Shown: positions 44,801-54,300 of the stretch, in pieces
How the letters are laid out: every line of letters begins with the position of its first letter
Numbering within the stretch: position 1 is the stretch's first letter
Assembly: GCA_947593925.1 (NCBI GenBank)
Contig: CANQDU010000006.1
Location: 41,938-105,937 of the forward strand
Direction of reading: 5' to 3'
Length of the DNA stretch: 64,000 nt
Source: an uncultured Clostridia bacterium
GTDB taxonomy: Bacteria > Bacillota > Clostridia > Oscillospirales > JAAYOS01
Notes under the pieces: model-generated
The model's input: only the letters and a program-made list of their open reading frames with translations
What the model was told of the DNA's origin: nothing
The model's database searches: none
Made by a program: the position numbers and the translations under genes

Positions 44801-47121
44801 GGGACAACGGACTTATCCGCCAGTCCGAGGGCTCCGTTGTCAAGACCTACGACAAGAACAATGACCGGGAAAAGCTCGTCATGGACGGCAAGGGCAGCAT
44901 CGAGGCAAGCGAACTTTTCATTGTCGCTATGACATTGACGACAGGAGATTTCGTCTATCCCATAGACGGCGATATGGACCTTGAGCTCTCCGGCGATTGG
45001 ACTGTCAACGAGCGGCTAAAGCTGATGCCCGGCGTCAAAGTCCAATTCAAGGAAGGCACGTTTACATTTGCCGAAACGACCGCCAAGAGCAAAGCGGATA
45101 TGCTGACGGCGATTTATGACAGCTTCCAGGACAAGGATCTCTTTAACGACGGCACCGCTTATCCGAGGGACCGCGGCGAAGCCACGCTGACTCTGGGTGG
45201 CGGGACCACAACGGTCGTGAAAAGCGACTTCGGCGGAAAGATCCTCGTGGCGGAAACCGCCACGGAGGAGAACCCCGCGAAGCTGTCCTTCGCCCCGGGG
45301 ATCGAGACCACCGTCACCACTAATGAGGCCGACGGGACGGAGGCAACATCAAAGCTCCGTACTCTGACCTTCTCCACCACCGTCGGAGGCACGGAGGCGA
45401 AAGCCGGAACGAATTACGTCTGCTATGTCCAGAACGGCGAAACCGTCGTCAAGCCTTCCAACGACCTGCCGGAGATAGCGATAGATTATGCGGCCGAGGC
45501 TCTGACCGGCTTTGTCGAGGGTCGCAGCTATACCGTAAACGGCGCTCCCGCGCAGGTGAGCGGCGGAAAGCTCGGAATCAAGACCGAATGGCTCGGCAGC
45601 GAGCTGGCAATCGCCGACGTGACGGGCGATGACGCATTCCTGCACAGCGCGGCGCAGACCGTGGCCGTTCCCAAGCGTCCCGACGCTCCGAGCGGACTCT
45701 ACGCCGTAACGCCGAGCTCCCCCGAGGCGGACAACGGCTCGATCTCCGGCCTCGACGCGGAAACAGCGTATGAGTATAAGACGACCGACGGAGACTGGAC
45801 GGCGGTACCCGAGGACGGCACGTCCATACGCGGCCTCGCGGTCGGGACCTATCAGGTGAGGACTGCGGCGACGGCAAACGCGTTTGCGAGTGAGCCCGCC
45901 GAAGTTGAGGTGGTTTATATCCCGCCCACGACTCCGGGAGACATAACGACGGGTCACACTAACCTTGACGGTTCATCGACATCGACGACTACAAAGCCGG
46001 ACGGGACGCGGGTGGTGACAGACACCGCGGCTGACGGCACTGTCACGGAAAAGACGACGAAGCCTGACGGAACTGTGACCGAGAAAGTCACCACGCCGGA
46101 CAACACCGTCACCGAGAAGACTACCGATAAGGACGGCGTCATCACCGAGACGACGACTAAGCCGGACAACACCGTGACCGAGAAGGTGACGCAGACCGAC
46201 GGCAGCGCGACCGAGCGCACGACGACTCCGGACGGCGTCGTGGGTCAGAAGAGCACCGACTCGGAGGGCAAGGTAACATCCGCCGAGGTCGTAATTCCGA
46301 AGGAAGCGGAGAAGCAGGACGTCGTGACCGCGCCGGTCGAGGTTCCGGCGGCGAAGACCGCCGAGGAAGCGCCGGAGATAAGCGTCCGCACCGAGTCCAC
46401 CGAGAGCAAGAAGGTCGAAATTCCCGTGACCGAGTTCGGACCGGGAACGGTCGCGGTCATCGTCCACGAGGACGGCACCGAGGAGGTCGTCCGCGACTGC
46501 ACCATCGGCGAGAACGGAGTAGTCCTGAACGTCGAGGGCGATGTGACGCTCAAGATCGTGGACAAGGCCGAGACGTTTGCGGATGTCGAGGACGCGAACC
46601 ACTGGGCGTCCAACGCCGTCGAGTTCGTTGCGGCGCGCGAGCTGTTCAAGGGAACCGCCGAAAACACGTTCACACCGAACGGCAGTATGACGCGCGGCAT
46701 GATGGTGACGGTCCTGTACCGCCTCGCATACGAGCCGGACGCGGTAGAGGAAGGCTTTGCGGACGTGAAGTCTGACGCCTACTACTCGGACGCGGTAGCG
46801 TGGGCGGCAGAGAACGGCGTCGTCAACGGCTACGCCGACAACACCTTCGCGCCGGATGACAACGTGAGCCGTGAGCAGCTCGTGACGATCCTTCACCGCT
46901 ACGCTCAGAAGAAGGGTTATGCGACGAAAGCGAGCGGAACGCTCGCAAACTTCGCGGACGCGCAGTCTGTAAGCAGCTGGGCTTCGGACGCGATGAGCTG
47001 GGCGGTAGAACTCGGGCTCGTGAACGGCACGGACTCGACGCACATCTCGCCCGCGAAGAGCGCCACGCGCGCGGAGGTCGCGACCATCCTCATGCGTTTC
47101 TGCGAGAAGGTCGTGAAGTAA
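41833..47121 (+). CDS. Large surface protein: signal peptide, multiple Listeria-Bacteroides-type repeats, beta-helix-like region, 11-aa TEK repeats, three C-terminal SLH domains
   Basis: I chose the start at ATG 41833 (MKIGRRALSFSLALLLVVTMLPLSALAAPG). It has GYTFLGWFTD, GYTFHEW, GYDFDVW, GYEFAGW and YEFTGW repeats. The C-terminal SLH triplet is FADVEDANHWASNAVEFV..., FADVKSDAYYSDAVAWAAENGVVNG... and FADAQSVSSWASDAMSWAVELGLVNG... Confidence 0.9.
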   Translation: MKIGRRALSFSLALLLVVTMLPLSALAAPGMSQNEAVNTVYDAMKEAIAAPDDGVNAALTGIAKLNFIEGSSGGVACNFINKNYQAMDLISIPFLSKLFAYEKITSMTLSDIEWGEDYLTKYLDQNAGQTSTMLTILSLLPDMLKQNDNTLPIAHGEEDQQDLQMLLMLGVLASVLARYDGKAAELSGADVTISFLAGTQVPVTLNGEIDGITFSAPVTIYFCNSDDNHKVTFTGVGVTDNSPTEYQYDATITFPEPKNSGQFLYGWKKTCTDYGDSKNEKKNVECGVISAADASSEKMGALDVTYEAQWTSETKNVIFHYEDDTSTTTTIAQGVGEGWLLPETPKREGYTFLGWFTDSEDSDSKIGENYATENGTDIYVHWWKHPVVTFHNEYARNTDTKVTTDSRGMVPTTQAENLGNAKRGYTFHEWLDSEENGKKIDFDTKVFTGDTTVYAKVTANTYTVEFKPGDSDVTGSMESQQFTYDVPQELKANEFTRKGYDFDVWSQSRNKTYTDCQEVSNLTYAQGGKVTLTAKWKAKTYDVTLDADGGEVNGKDTDTITVTYDQTYGDQLTDPTREGYEFAGWQTAGGETVSQQTKVGEGLDVTAEGELKLIAQWNPKGDTKYTVKHWLQKVDGNEYELADNGEESKNGQTAAEVTLTPREITGFHVNRASSNDLKGTIGADGQTVMNIYYDRNTYQITWKYRDAAGSETSAQETYRYGAKPSREEAEVNVDTNSTHYEFTGWDTTPAEVTGVATYTALYTESHEARIGETNWRTLELALEHAEANDTVVLESDVTLTGDVEVPKDVMLLLPVSADDTGYTETGYNPDGTSTAGSTGKAANAQVFHTLTIPAESTLTVNGTVLVNAVTGRPGAGHYDMDVTGGYGEIALEGEIIVKDGGILDVCGYVTGSGTVTAEPGGEVRDLYIVRNWRGGSRALSVYPSVYPMNQADMHNIEVKTVINAGASLVGTVKMYANEQYYYTRFPQIDRDNGLIRQSEGSVVKTYDKNNDREKLVMDGKGSIEASELFIVAMTLTTGDFVYPIDGDMDLELSGDWTVNERLKLMPGVKVQFKEGTFTFAETTAKSKADMLTAIYDSFQDKDLFNDGTAYPRDRGEATLTLGGGTTTVVKSDFGGKILVAETATEENPAKLSFAPGIETTVTTNEADGTEATSKLRTLTFSTTVGGTEAKAGTNYVCYVQNGETVVKPSNDLPEIAIDYAAEALTGFVEGRSYTVNGAPAQVSGGKLGIKTEWLGSELAIADVTGDDAFLHSAAQTVAVPKRPDAPSGLYAVTPSSPEADNGSISGLDAETAYEYKTTDGDWTAVPEDGTSIRGLAVGTYQVRTAATANAFASEPAEVEVVYIPPTTPGDITTGHTNLDGSSTSTTTKPDGTRVVTDTAADGTVTEKTTKPDGTVTEKVTTPDNTVTEKTTDKDGVITETTTKPDNTVTEKVTQTDGSATERTTTPDGVVGQKSTDSEGKVTSAEVVIPKEAEKQDVVTAPVEVPAAKTAEEAPEISVRTESTESKKVEIPVTEFGPGTVAVIVHEDGTEEVVRDCTIGENGVVLNVEGDVTLKIVDKAETFADVEDANHWASNAVEFVAARELFKGTAENTFTPNGSMTRGMMVTVLYRLAYEPDAVEEGFADVKSDAYYSDAVAWAAENGVVNGYADNTFAPDDNVSREQLVTILHRYAQKKGYATKASGTLANFADAQSVSSWASDAMSWAVELGLVNGTDSTHISPAKSATRAEVATILMRFCEKVVK
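45988..46275. repeat. 33-bp (11-aa) tandem repeat array inside the 1762-aa SLH protein gene
   Basis: There are at least seven in-phase 33-bp units from 46045 (ACSGAGAAGNNNACNNNNCCGGACRRCACCGTS-like). They encode T-E-K-x-T-x-P-D-G/N-T-V. More degenerate units lie upstream, from about 45988. Confidence 0.85.
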
Positions 47122-47412
47122 GCGAACGGGAGCGCGAAGCTGCACCACAGCAGCGGAGCAACCGGCGCAAAACAATCAAAAGAGAGTGGCGGCGCGTGCG
47201 CGCCGCCACTCTTGCGTAACCGGGATAATTCGTGCGGCATGATTTCGGTCATGCCGCGATTTCGTTTGCGGGGCCGCTCAAAAGCGAGACATCCGGATGC
47301 GTCGGCGGTCGATGTCGCCGCCGGCGTAGAGGCGCCCGTTCTGCTCAACGGGCGCAGGGCAGGCGAGAGGCCGCAACATGCCCGCGTCAGCGCCGCATCG
47401 AACGCCCCCGCT

Positions 47413-48210
47413 TCACTCCTCCACCGGCACGACCAGCCGGGAGACGTAGTTCTTCGGGTCGATCTCCCGCCCGGTGTAGGGGGCGACAAGACTCATGGCG
47501 CGGACGTAGTCCGCAGGCTTCAAGCCGCGTTCCCGGATCTCCCGGCCCAACTCGTTGAAGGCGTAGGCTCTGCGGGAGTAGTCCCCGTAGCCCAGGCAGG
47601 AGAAGCCCCGGCAGGCGGGGAAGGTCACCGCCTCCTCCGGCGGCTCGTCCGAATCCAGCGGGATACAGCAGATAAAGTCCACCTCTTTGTCCTCAAAAGC
47701 GCCGTCCAGATAGTCGGTGCGCTTGTTGATGATAAAAAGCGGCTCGGACGCAAGCAGACGATACCCCTTCTCCACCGCCTCGTGGTAGAGGCTGTACATG
47801 GCCCAATAACGATCCTCCGGCGTTGTTCCGCGGAACTCCCGGCAGAAGCAGACGTACTCCGGCAGATCCACAAACTCAAAGCTCAGATAATCCTTCTTTT
47901 CCACCCGGAGCTTTATTTCCTCATAGGCACGCTTGAACAGCAGGAACCGCTCCTCGGTATGCTCCAGAAGCTCCTGCGACTCCCCGCCCTCGCGGTAGTA
48001 GAGGGCGGCGTCGTCATACGTGAGACCCATCTGCAAAAAGGACTGTATCTGCATGACCCGGCTGACGTTGTAGTTGTCATACCAGCGGTAGCCGGTCTCG
48101 CTGTCCACCTTGGCGGGGACGAGCAGGCCTCGGTTCTCAAGACGCATGAGAGTGGAGCGGGACACTCCGCAGCTCCTGCCCACCTGATTTATTGTAAATA
48201 GTTTCTCCAA
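47413..48210 (-). CDS. MerR-family transcriptional regulator with GyrI-like (effector-binding) C-terminal domain
   Basis: This is the C-terminal 265 codons of the 1165-aa track ORF. I propose a TTG start at 48210, with GGAAGG 8 nt upstream. The N-terminal MerR HTH is FTINQVGRSCGVSRSTLMRLENRGLLVP...GYRWY, followed by a coiled coil and a ~150-aa GyrI-like domain. The start codon is uncertain. Confidence 0.75.
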   Translation of the reverse strand: MEKLFTINQVGRSCGVSRSTLMRLENRGLLVPAKVDSETGYRWYDNYNVSRVMQIQSFLQMGLTYDDAALYYREGGESQELLEHTEERFLLFKRAYEEIKLRVEKKDYLSFEFVDLPEYVCFCREFRGTTPEDRYWAMYSLYHEAVEKGYRLLASEPLFIINKRTDYLDGAFEDKEVDFICCIPLDSDEPPEEAVTFPACRGFSCLGYGDYSRRAYAFNELGREIRERGLKPADYVRAMSLVAPYTGREIDPKNYVSRLVVPVEE

Positions 48211-48227
48211 ATTTTTCACCTTCCCTA

Positions 48228-48258
48228 TTGACTTGTTCACGGGTGAACATGATACAAT
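48228..48258 (+). promoter_or_regulatory. MerR-type promoter: TTGACT - 19-bp spacer containing a perfect dyad - TACAAT, driving the 3322-aa gene
   Basis: TTGACT is at 48228-48233. The 19-nt spacer holds TGTTCAC-GG-GTGAACA (48234-48249). TGaTACAAT is at 48250-48258. The over-long spacer plus dyad is the classic MerR activation architecture. Confidence 0.75.
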
Positions 48259-48285
48259 AATAAGTGTAAAAGTGGGACTTGTCAA
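48257..48285 (-). promoter_or_regulatory. Divergent promoter TTGACA-17-TATTAT for the MerR-family gene, overlapping the -10 of the opposing promoter
   Basis: On the minus strand, TTGACA is at 48280-48285, followed by a 17-nt spacer and TATTAT (48257-48262). The dyad operator lies in its leader. Confidence 0.65.
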
Positions 48286-48390
48286 GAGAAAACGGAAAAT
48301 ATACGGGAGTCGGGCAGCCCGACTCTGTCCGTGGGCTTTACCCACGGACAGAATGAGCCCTCGCTGCCGATACAAAGAAGAGGATAAATT

Positions 48391-51300
48391 ATGAAAAAAC
48401 GGGTCATAAGCTTGTTGCTTGTAATATGTCTGTTGGCGGGTCTGCTGCCGACGGCGGCTTTGGCGGCCGACTCCGGCGAGAAGATCACGGTCGTCGGCTT
48501 CGAGGAGCCGGACGGCTCCGTGGCGGAGCAGACCGTCCCGGCGGGCCGCAATCAGGACGCGCTTATCCGCGACGGACTGCTGTATCTGCCCGCCTCGCTG
48601 ACGGCGCAGATACTCGTCCCCGAGGAACCGCAGGTGGAGCCCGGCTTCGGCTTCGACGGTCCGGAGATCTTTGACGAGAGCGCCGGGAGCGGCGACGGCG
48701 GAAGCACGTCCGCCACGCCCGATGCCGCCCCCGAGATGGTGATAAAGACCGTGGAGATACCCGTCGCATGGCCGAAGGTCATCGACGGCGTGACTGCGGG
48801 CGTGTTTATTCTGGAGCCCATCCTCCCCGAGGAATATGTTCCGGGGGAGGGCGTGGACGTGCCCGCCGTCACCGTTACCGTGGAGGACATGGAGCTCGAT
48901 ACGGACACGGAGACCGGTAAGCTCCTCCGGGAATTCCTTGACACATGGTTTTCCGGCGTCACGCTCGACGGCATCCCCGCCGCCGTCCTCGCCATGGATG
49001 AGGACGCCCTTCTCGGCATGATCGCGGACTACGAGCAGATCCTTGCCGCCGCGGAGGAGGCCGGGGCCGGCGCCGCCGTCATGGACGCCCTTCGGGCGGG
49101 TATCGACGGCGCACTGGCGGCACTTCCCATCGAAGGGCCGGTGTGGCTGCATGAGCTGCCCATGATGGACACGATCATGGCGGGAGCGGTGGATCTGAAG
49201 TATCTTGACGGCGACGGCACAGCCTTCATTTATCACAGCTTTGAGGAGACAAAGAGCTTTTCGCCCGGTCAGGCCTACGCCTTCCTGAACAACCAATTCG
49301 ACGGAGACGACGCCGTCAGCGCCCTGGGCTCCGGCGCTATACTCAAGGCGACAGACGAAATAAACAACTCCGTACTTTTTATGCACTCGAAATACCCCAA
49401 CGCCAAGGTAGAGGTCTATGTGGACGTGATTCAGAAGGGCCGGGATTTTGACAACTGCCAGCACGGCGGCCTTTACAAGGTGCCGGGCACCTCCCCGGCC
49501 GAGTACCGCTATTTCTGCTGGGCGGGCGGCGCGCAGGACTGCGGAGCCTACTACGCCTATACCTACCAGACCTCGGAAATCGAAGCGAGGGACGTGCGCG
49601 CACAGTTGAAGGACGTGACAAAGCAGGGCTCCAACAGCTCCGCCGACTACACCGTTATCCTGACCTATGACACCGGCAAGACCGTCACTCTGGACCCCGG
49701 CGGCTACACGGTCTCCGCCGACGCATCCACGGGCGTAGTCACGTTCAAGATAACAGACAACGACGGAAAGACCATCAACGCCCGCTTCCAGGGACCCGCG
49801 GCTATCCGCTATTCGGACGGCGGTAAGTCCGGCGTGACGGGTCTGCCCGGGACGCAGTATGCATTGCCGGGCAGCGTCACCCTCGCCGCCGCGCCCACGT
49901 GCGCCGGGTATGCGTTTACGGAGTGGCGGGATCAGAACGGCAAAGCATACGCGAACGGGGCAACGATAAGTGATTTCAAAACGTCCATGACCCTGACCGC
50001 TCAGTGGAGAGACACTAAGGCCCCGGATTTCACCTATGAACAGGTGGAGGTGAAGCTGGGCGCGACGAAGGAGGAAGTGGCCGACAAGGTGAGGTCGGCG
50101 CTGACCGTCACCGACAACGAGCCGGCGGAGGAATGCACCGTCGTCGTGACGGTAGCTGACGGCGCTACCAACATCGCCGGAGAGCGTCAGGTCACCGTCA
50201 CGGTGAAGGACAAGGCGGGGAACAAGACGGAGCGGCAGGTCAACGTGACCGTCACCGCCTCGGCGCTGGCGCTGACGACGCCCGTGTTCGATAAGGCGGC
50301 AAAGACCCTGACCGCGCAGCTCGCCTCCCCCGGTGAGGACAAAATCACCGAGACGGGTCTTGTCTGGGGCATCATGACCGCCCCAACCACCGCCCTCAAC
50401 AACGGCAAATATAATACCACCCCGGCTGTGACGACGGCGGGCGGCGAGATAAAGACGCCCCCGGACATCACCGAGGGCGTGACTTACTATGCCCGCGCTT
50501 ACGCGATCGCCGGGGGCGTGACCTATTACAGCGAGCAGGTGTCTTTCGGCATCGGCGCGGCCAATTACGGGACGTTTAACATCTCCTCCAGCGGCAATAC
50601 CTTCACCGTCACAAGGACGGACGGCTCCGACGGCACACAGACCGTCTATTTCCGCACGGTAAACGGCTCCGCCGTGGGCGGCACTCACTTCACCCACCAG
50701 GCCGGGACGCTGACGTTCGGGCAGGGAGAGACAAAGCAGACCATCACCGTCAATGAGAACGGCGTGGCCGCGCAGTATGGCGATAAGCCCGCCACGGCCT
50801 ACTCCAACACCGACCGCACCTACTCGGTGGAGATCTACCGGGTCACCGGCGGCGGCACGCTGGGGAATACCACCCGCGCGTCGCGAATCATGAGCAAGGA
50901 CAGTAATCATACCGTCAGCCGTACGGTCTACACGACAGAGCAGTCAAAGGTAGACGTCGTGCAAACAAGCGGAACGAACGGAAAATATATTGGAGATAGT
51001 ACGAGAAGCCAAGGTGCAACTGATAAAAACGTCAGGTTCCTGACCAACCGAAATAATACGCAAAACTACCACACAAACAGTTCACTTTCGACCTATTACA
51101 GCGGAAACACTGGGACCTATTTGCAGGCAACCGGCAGCGGCTGGTATTACCGCTATGATTTGTATGCCTACGAGATTGAAGACGGCTATGAGCACGCATA
51201 TATTGGAAACCAGCCTTTGGATGATTCTTTCCATGATACCCCCTCAAAGGGTGATGCGGTCAGCGGTCTCGCCGGACAGCTTTGGGCATGTACATTTGAG

Positions 51301-54300
51301 CAGAGCACGAAGGGTTCAGAGAGGTATTATTCTTTCCCGGATTCTCGAACGGGAGGCGCGGAAAACTCCGGTTATCCTTTAAAAGCCAACGGGCAATGTT
51401 ACGCTTATGCCGGCAGCGGCACGAGCCATAACTATGTAAAACTGGGTATTAAGGATACCTGCTATCTCTATTTTAGTGCCGACGGTCAAAAGGAAGACGA
51501 ATGGTATGTGGACGGTCTGACCAGCTACGCCATTGTATATGATGAAAGAGAGCCTCAGCTTATCGCCATCGCCCCCATGCCGGCTTCCACCTACAAGGCG
51601 GGGGATCAGTTTGTAGTGTCCCTGATCTTTGACGAGATCGTGGACACCACGAACACCGGGAACACAAATCTCAACAGCATCAAGGTACATACCAACTGGG
51701 GCGACGCCGAATATACCGGCGGCGCGGACACCAACGTGCTCTACTTCACCGGCACGGTGAAGGCCGGAGCCAGCGGAAATCTGTCTATTACCGGCGTAGA
51801 CAATATCAACCTCGTCAAGGACATGTGCAACACGAACGGCACCGCCAGCAGCGCATCCTCCGGCATGAACACAAGCTCCAAGGTGGACGGCAACCAGCCG
51901 AACATCAGCGTCGCGTCCAACGGCGTCAAGGACGGCGTCGGCAAGGCGACGGTGAAGGTGAATGATAATAAGGCATATACCACCTCCATGCGGTACGTGT
52001 GGTCTAATTCCGCAACGATGCCCGCCACCGGCTGGGTGGACGCCACCGCGACGGAGCTTACCGCCGCGAAAAACGGCGGGCTGACCTTATCGACCCGGCA
52101 GGAGCCGGGCAGCGGCAATAACGGCAAGTGGTATCTCCATGTGCTGGCGTCCTACGAGACCACGGGCGCTTCCGCGTATCAATACGCCGAGGTGAATTTC
52201 GGAACCCCGGAGCATCCCACAAATCCCACGCCTCCCGCGCTTTCGCTCGCCGCCTCCGCCGACAATACAAACTGGGTCACGAGCCGGGACATCACCGTGA
52301 CGGCGGCCAACGGCGATACCCTTGATTATCACAGAGAGGGAGATTCCGGCTGGAAGACGATGACCAGCGCCAACGGGGGCATTGTGACCGTCGCCGAAAA
52401 CGGCGCCTATACCTTCCGCCTCCGCCGCGGCGACGACATGGAGACGAAGACAGTAGAGGTGGAGCACATCGACACCAAGGCTCCCGCCGCCTCCGTGGGG
52501 GCGCTCTCCGGGGAGGGCTCCGTCGCCACCCCCAGGGAGGGCGTCTATACGCAGATCGCCCTGCCCGTGACCTTTTCCGACGCTGAATCCGGCGTTGCCA
52601 TGGTGGAATATGCCTGGACGAATTCGACCGATAGTCCGGGAAGCTGGCAGACGCTGGAGGAAATTGCCGACGGCAGCGCCACGCTCACCTACACCGCCAC
52701 CGAGAACACAGAGACCGCAAAATATCTGCACATCCGGGTGACGGACAACGTGGGCCGCATCTATGCCGCCGTCTCGCCCGTGAGCTATACGGTGATCGCC
52801 CAGAGCGCGCTGGACGGCAACGCGCCGAAGATCGCGCTGAGCGACGTCCCCGCGAAGTGGATCAATGACAGCGTGACCCTGACCTGGACGGTCACAAACG
52901 AGACCGGCCGGCGTTTCAAGGTCACCCTGCCAGACGACAGCGTGCTTGAGGACGTGACGTCCGGCACGGTTCAGGTCACGGAGAACTGCTCCGTCACCGT
53001 GAAGGTGGAGGATCTCGACTATGGCGGGATCAGCACCGCCACCGCTGTCGTGGACTGCATCGACGTCACCCCGCCCACGGTGAACGTTCCGGCGATTTCC
53101 GATGCCTGGACGAACGGCGCGCCCACCGTCACCTTCACCGCCGATGACACCCAGAGCGACGTGGGCAAGGCGTATTATAAGATCGTGAGTGATAATACGG
53201 CCACCCCAACCGACCTTACGGAGTTTGGCGGCGCCGATTACACGGTGACGCTGGACGAGACCTCCACGCCCACGTCCGGCGAATACTACGTCTATTACAA
53301 GTTCTGCGACAAGTCCCCAAGCGACTGGGAGGAGAGCGGGCGGGAAACCAATCACACGGACGGCTTCGCGGGACCCTTTAAGATCGACCGTGACGCGCCC
53401 ACGGTGACGGTGGGGACTATTGAGGAGGGCTGGTACAGCGCGGCTCCGACCATCAGTCTCACTCCGTCGGACGTTCCCGCGGGCGTAACAAGCTTTGAGT
53501 ACGCCGTCACGACCACCAATTCCGCCCCCGCGCCGACGGCACTTACCCCGCTTGATACCACCGGCGGGAGCGTGACCGTGGGCGAAACGGAGAACGGCAC
53601 CTTCTACATCTATTATAAGGCCGTGGACAACGCCGGGAACGAGACCACCGGCTGGTCTGACGCCATCAAGGTGGACAAGCGGGATCCGACGCTGACAGTC
53701 AGCGGCGGCATGACCGGCGACCCGACTAAAACCGAGCAGACGCTGACAGTCACGAGCAGCTTCGGCGTCTCACTTGGCACGGTGACGGTGAAGAAGCCGG
53801 ACGGCTCCACCGAGACCGTCTCCGGCAATACCTACACCGTGACGGAGGCGGGAACGTATGAGTTCACCGCCACGTCCAGCTCCGGCCTCACCGCGACGGC
53901 GACGGTGGTGATATACGCCGTGAGCTTCGACGGCAACGGCGCCGGAAGTCCCGCGACACAGCTTGTGGCGAGCGGCGGCACGGCTTCCACGCCCACAGCG
54001 CCCACCCTCGCCGGTCACACCTTTGTCGAGTGGGACGCTGTGGGAGGGGCAAAGTATGGCTTTACCGAGTCCGTCACCGCCGATGTGAAATTGACTGCCA
54101 AGTGGACGCTGGACGTGCCCACGGTTACCCTGACCGCCGACTATGCGACCGCCGTATACAACAACGGCGATCCGGTCATTACCCTGACCGCCGCGCCCTC
54201 CCATGCGGCGACGGATACCGTCACCTACACCTACGAGTGGTTCAAGGACGGCACGGCGATCGCGGGAGCGAGCGACAGCACCTACGCCCTCCGCTCAACC

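Noticed and set aside
48211-50910. N-terminal ~900 codons of the 1165-aa minus-strand ORF (47413..50910)
   Set aside because: The region is antisense to the 3322-aa gene and Arg/Gly/Ala-rich, as expected for a high-GC shadow frame, with no motifs. Only the last 265 codons, the MerR/GyrI-like protein with its own promoter and RBS, look real.
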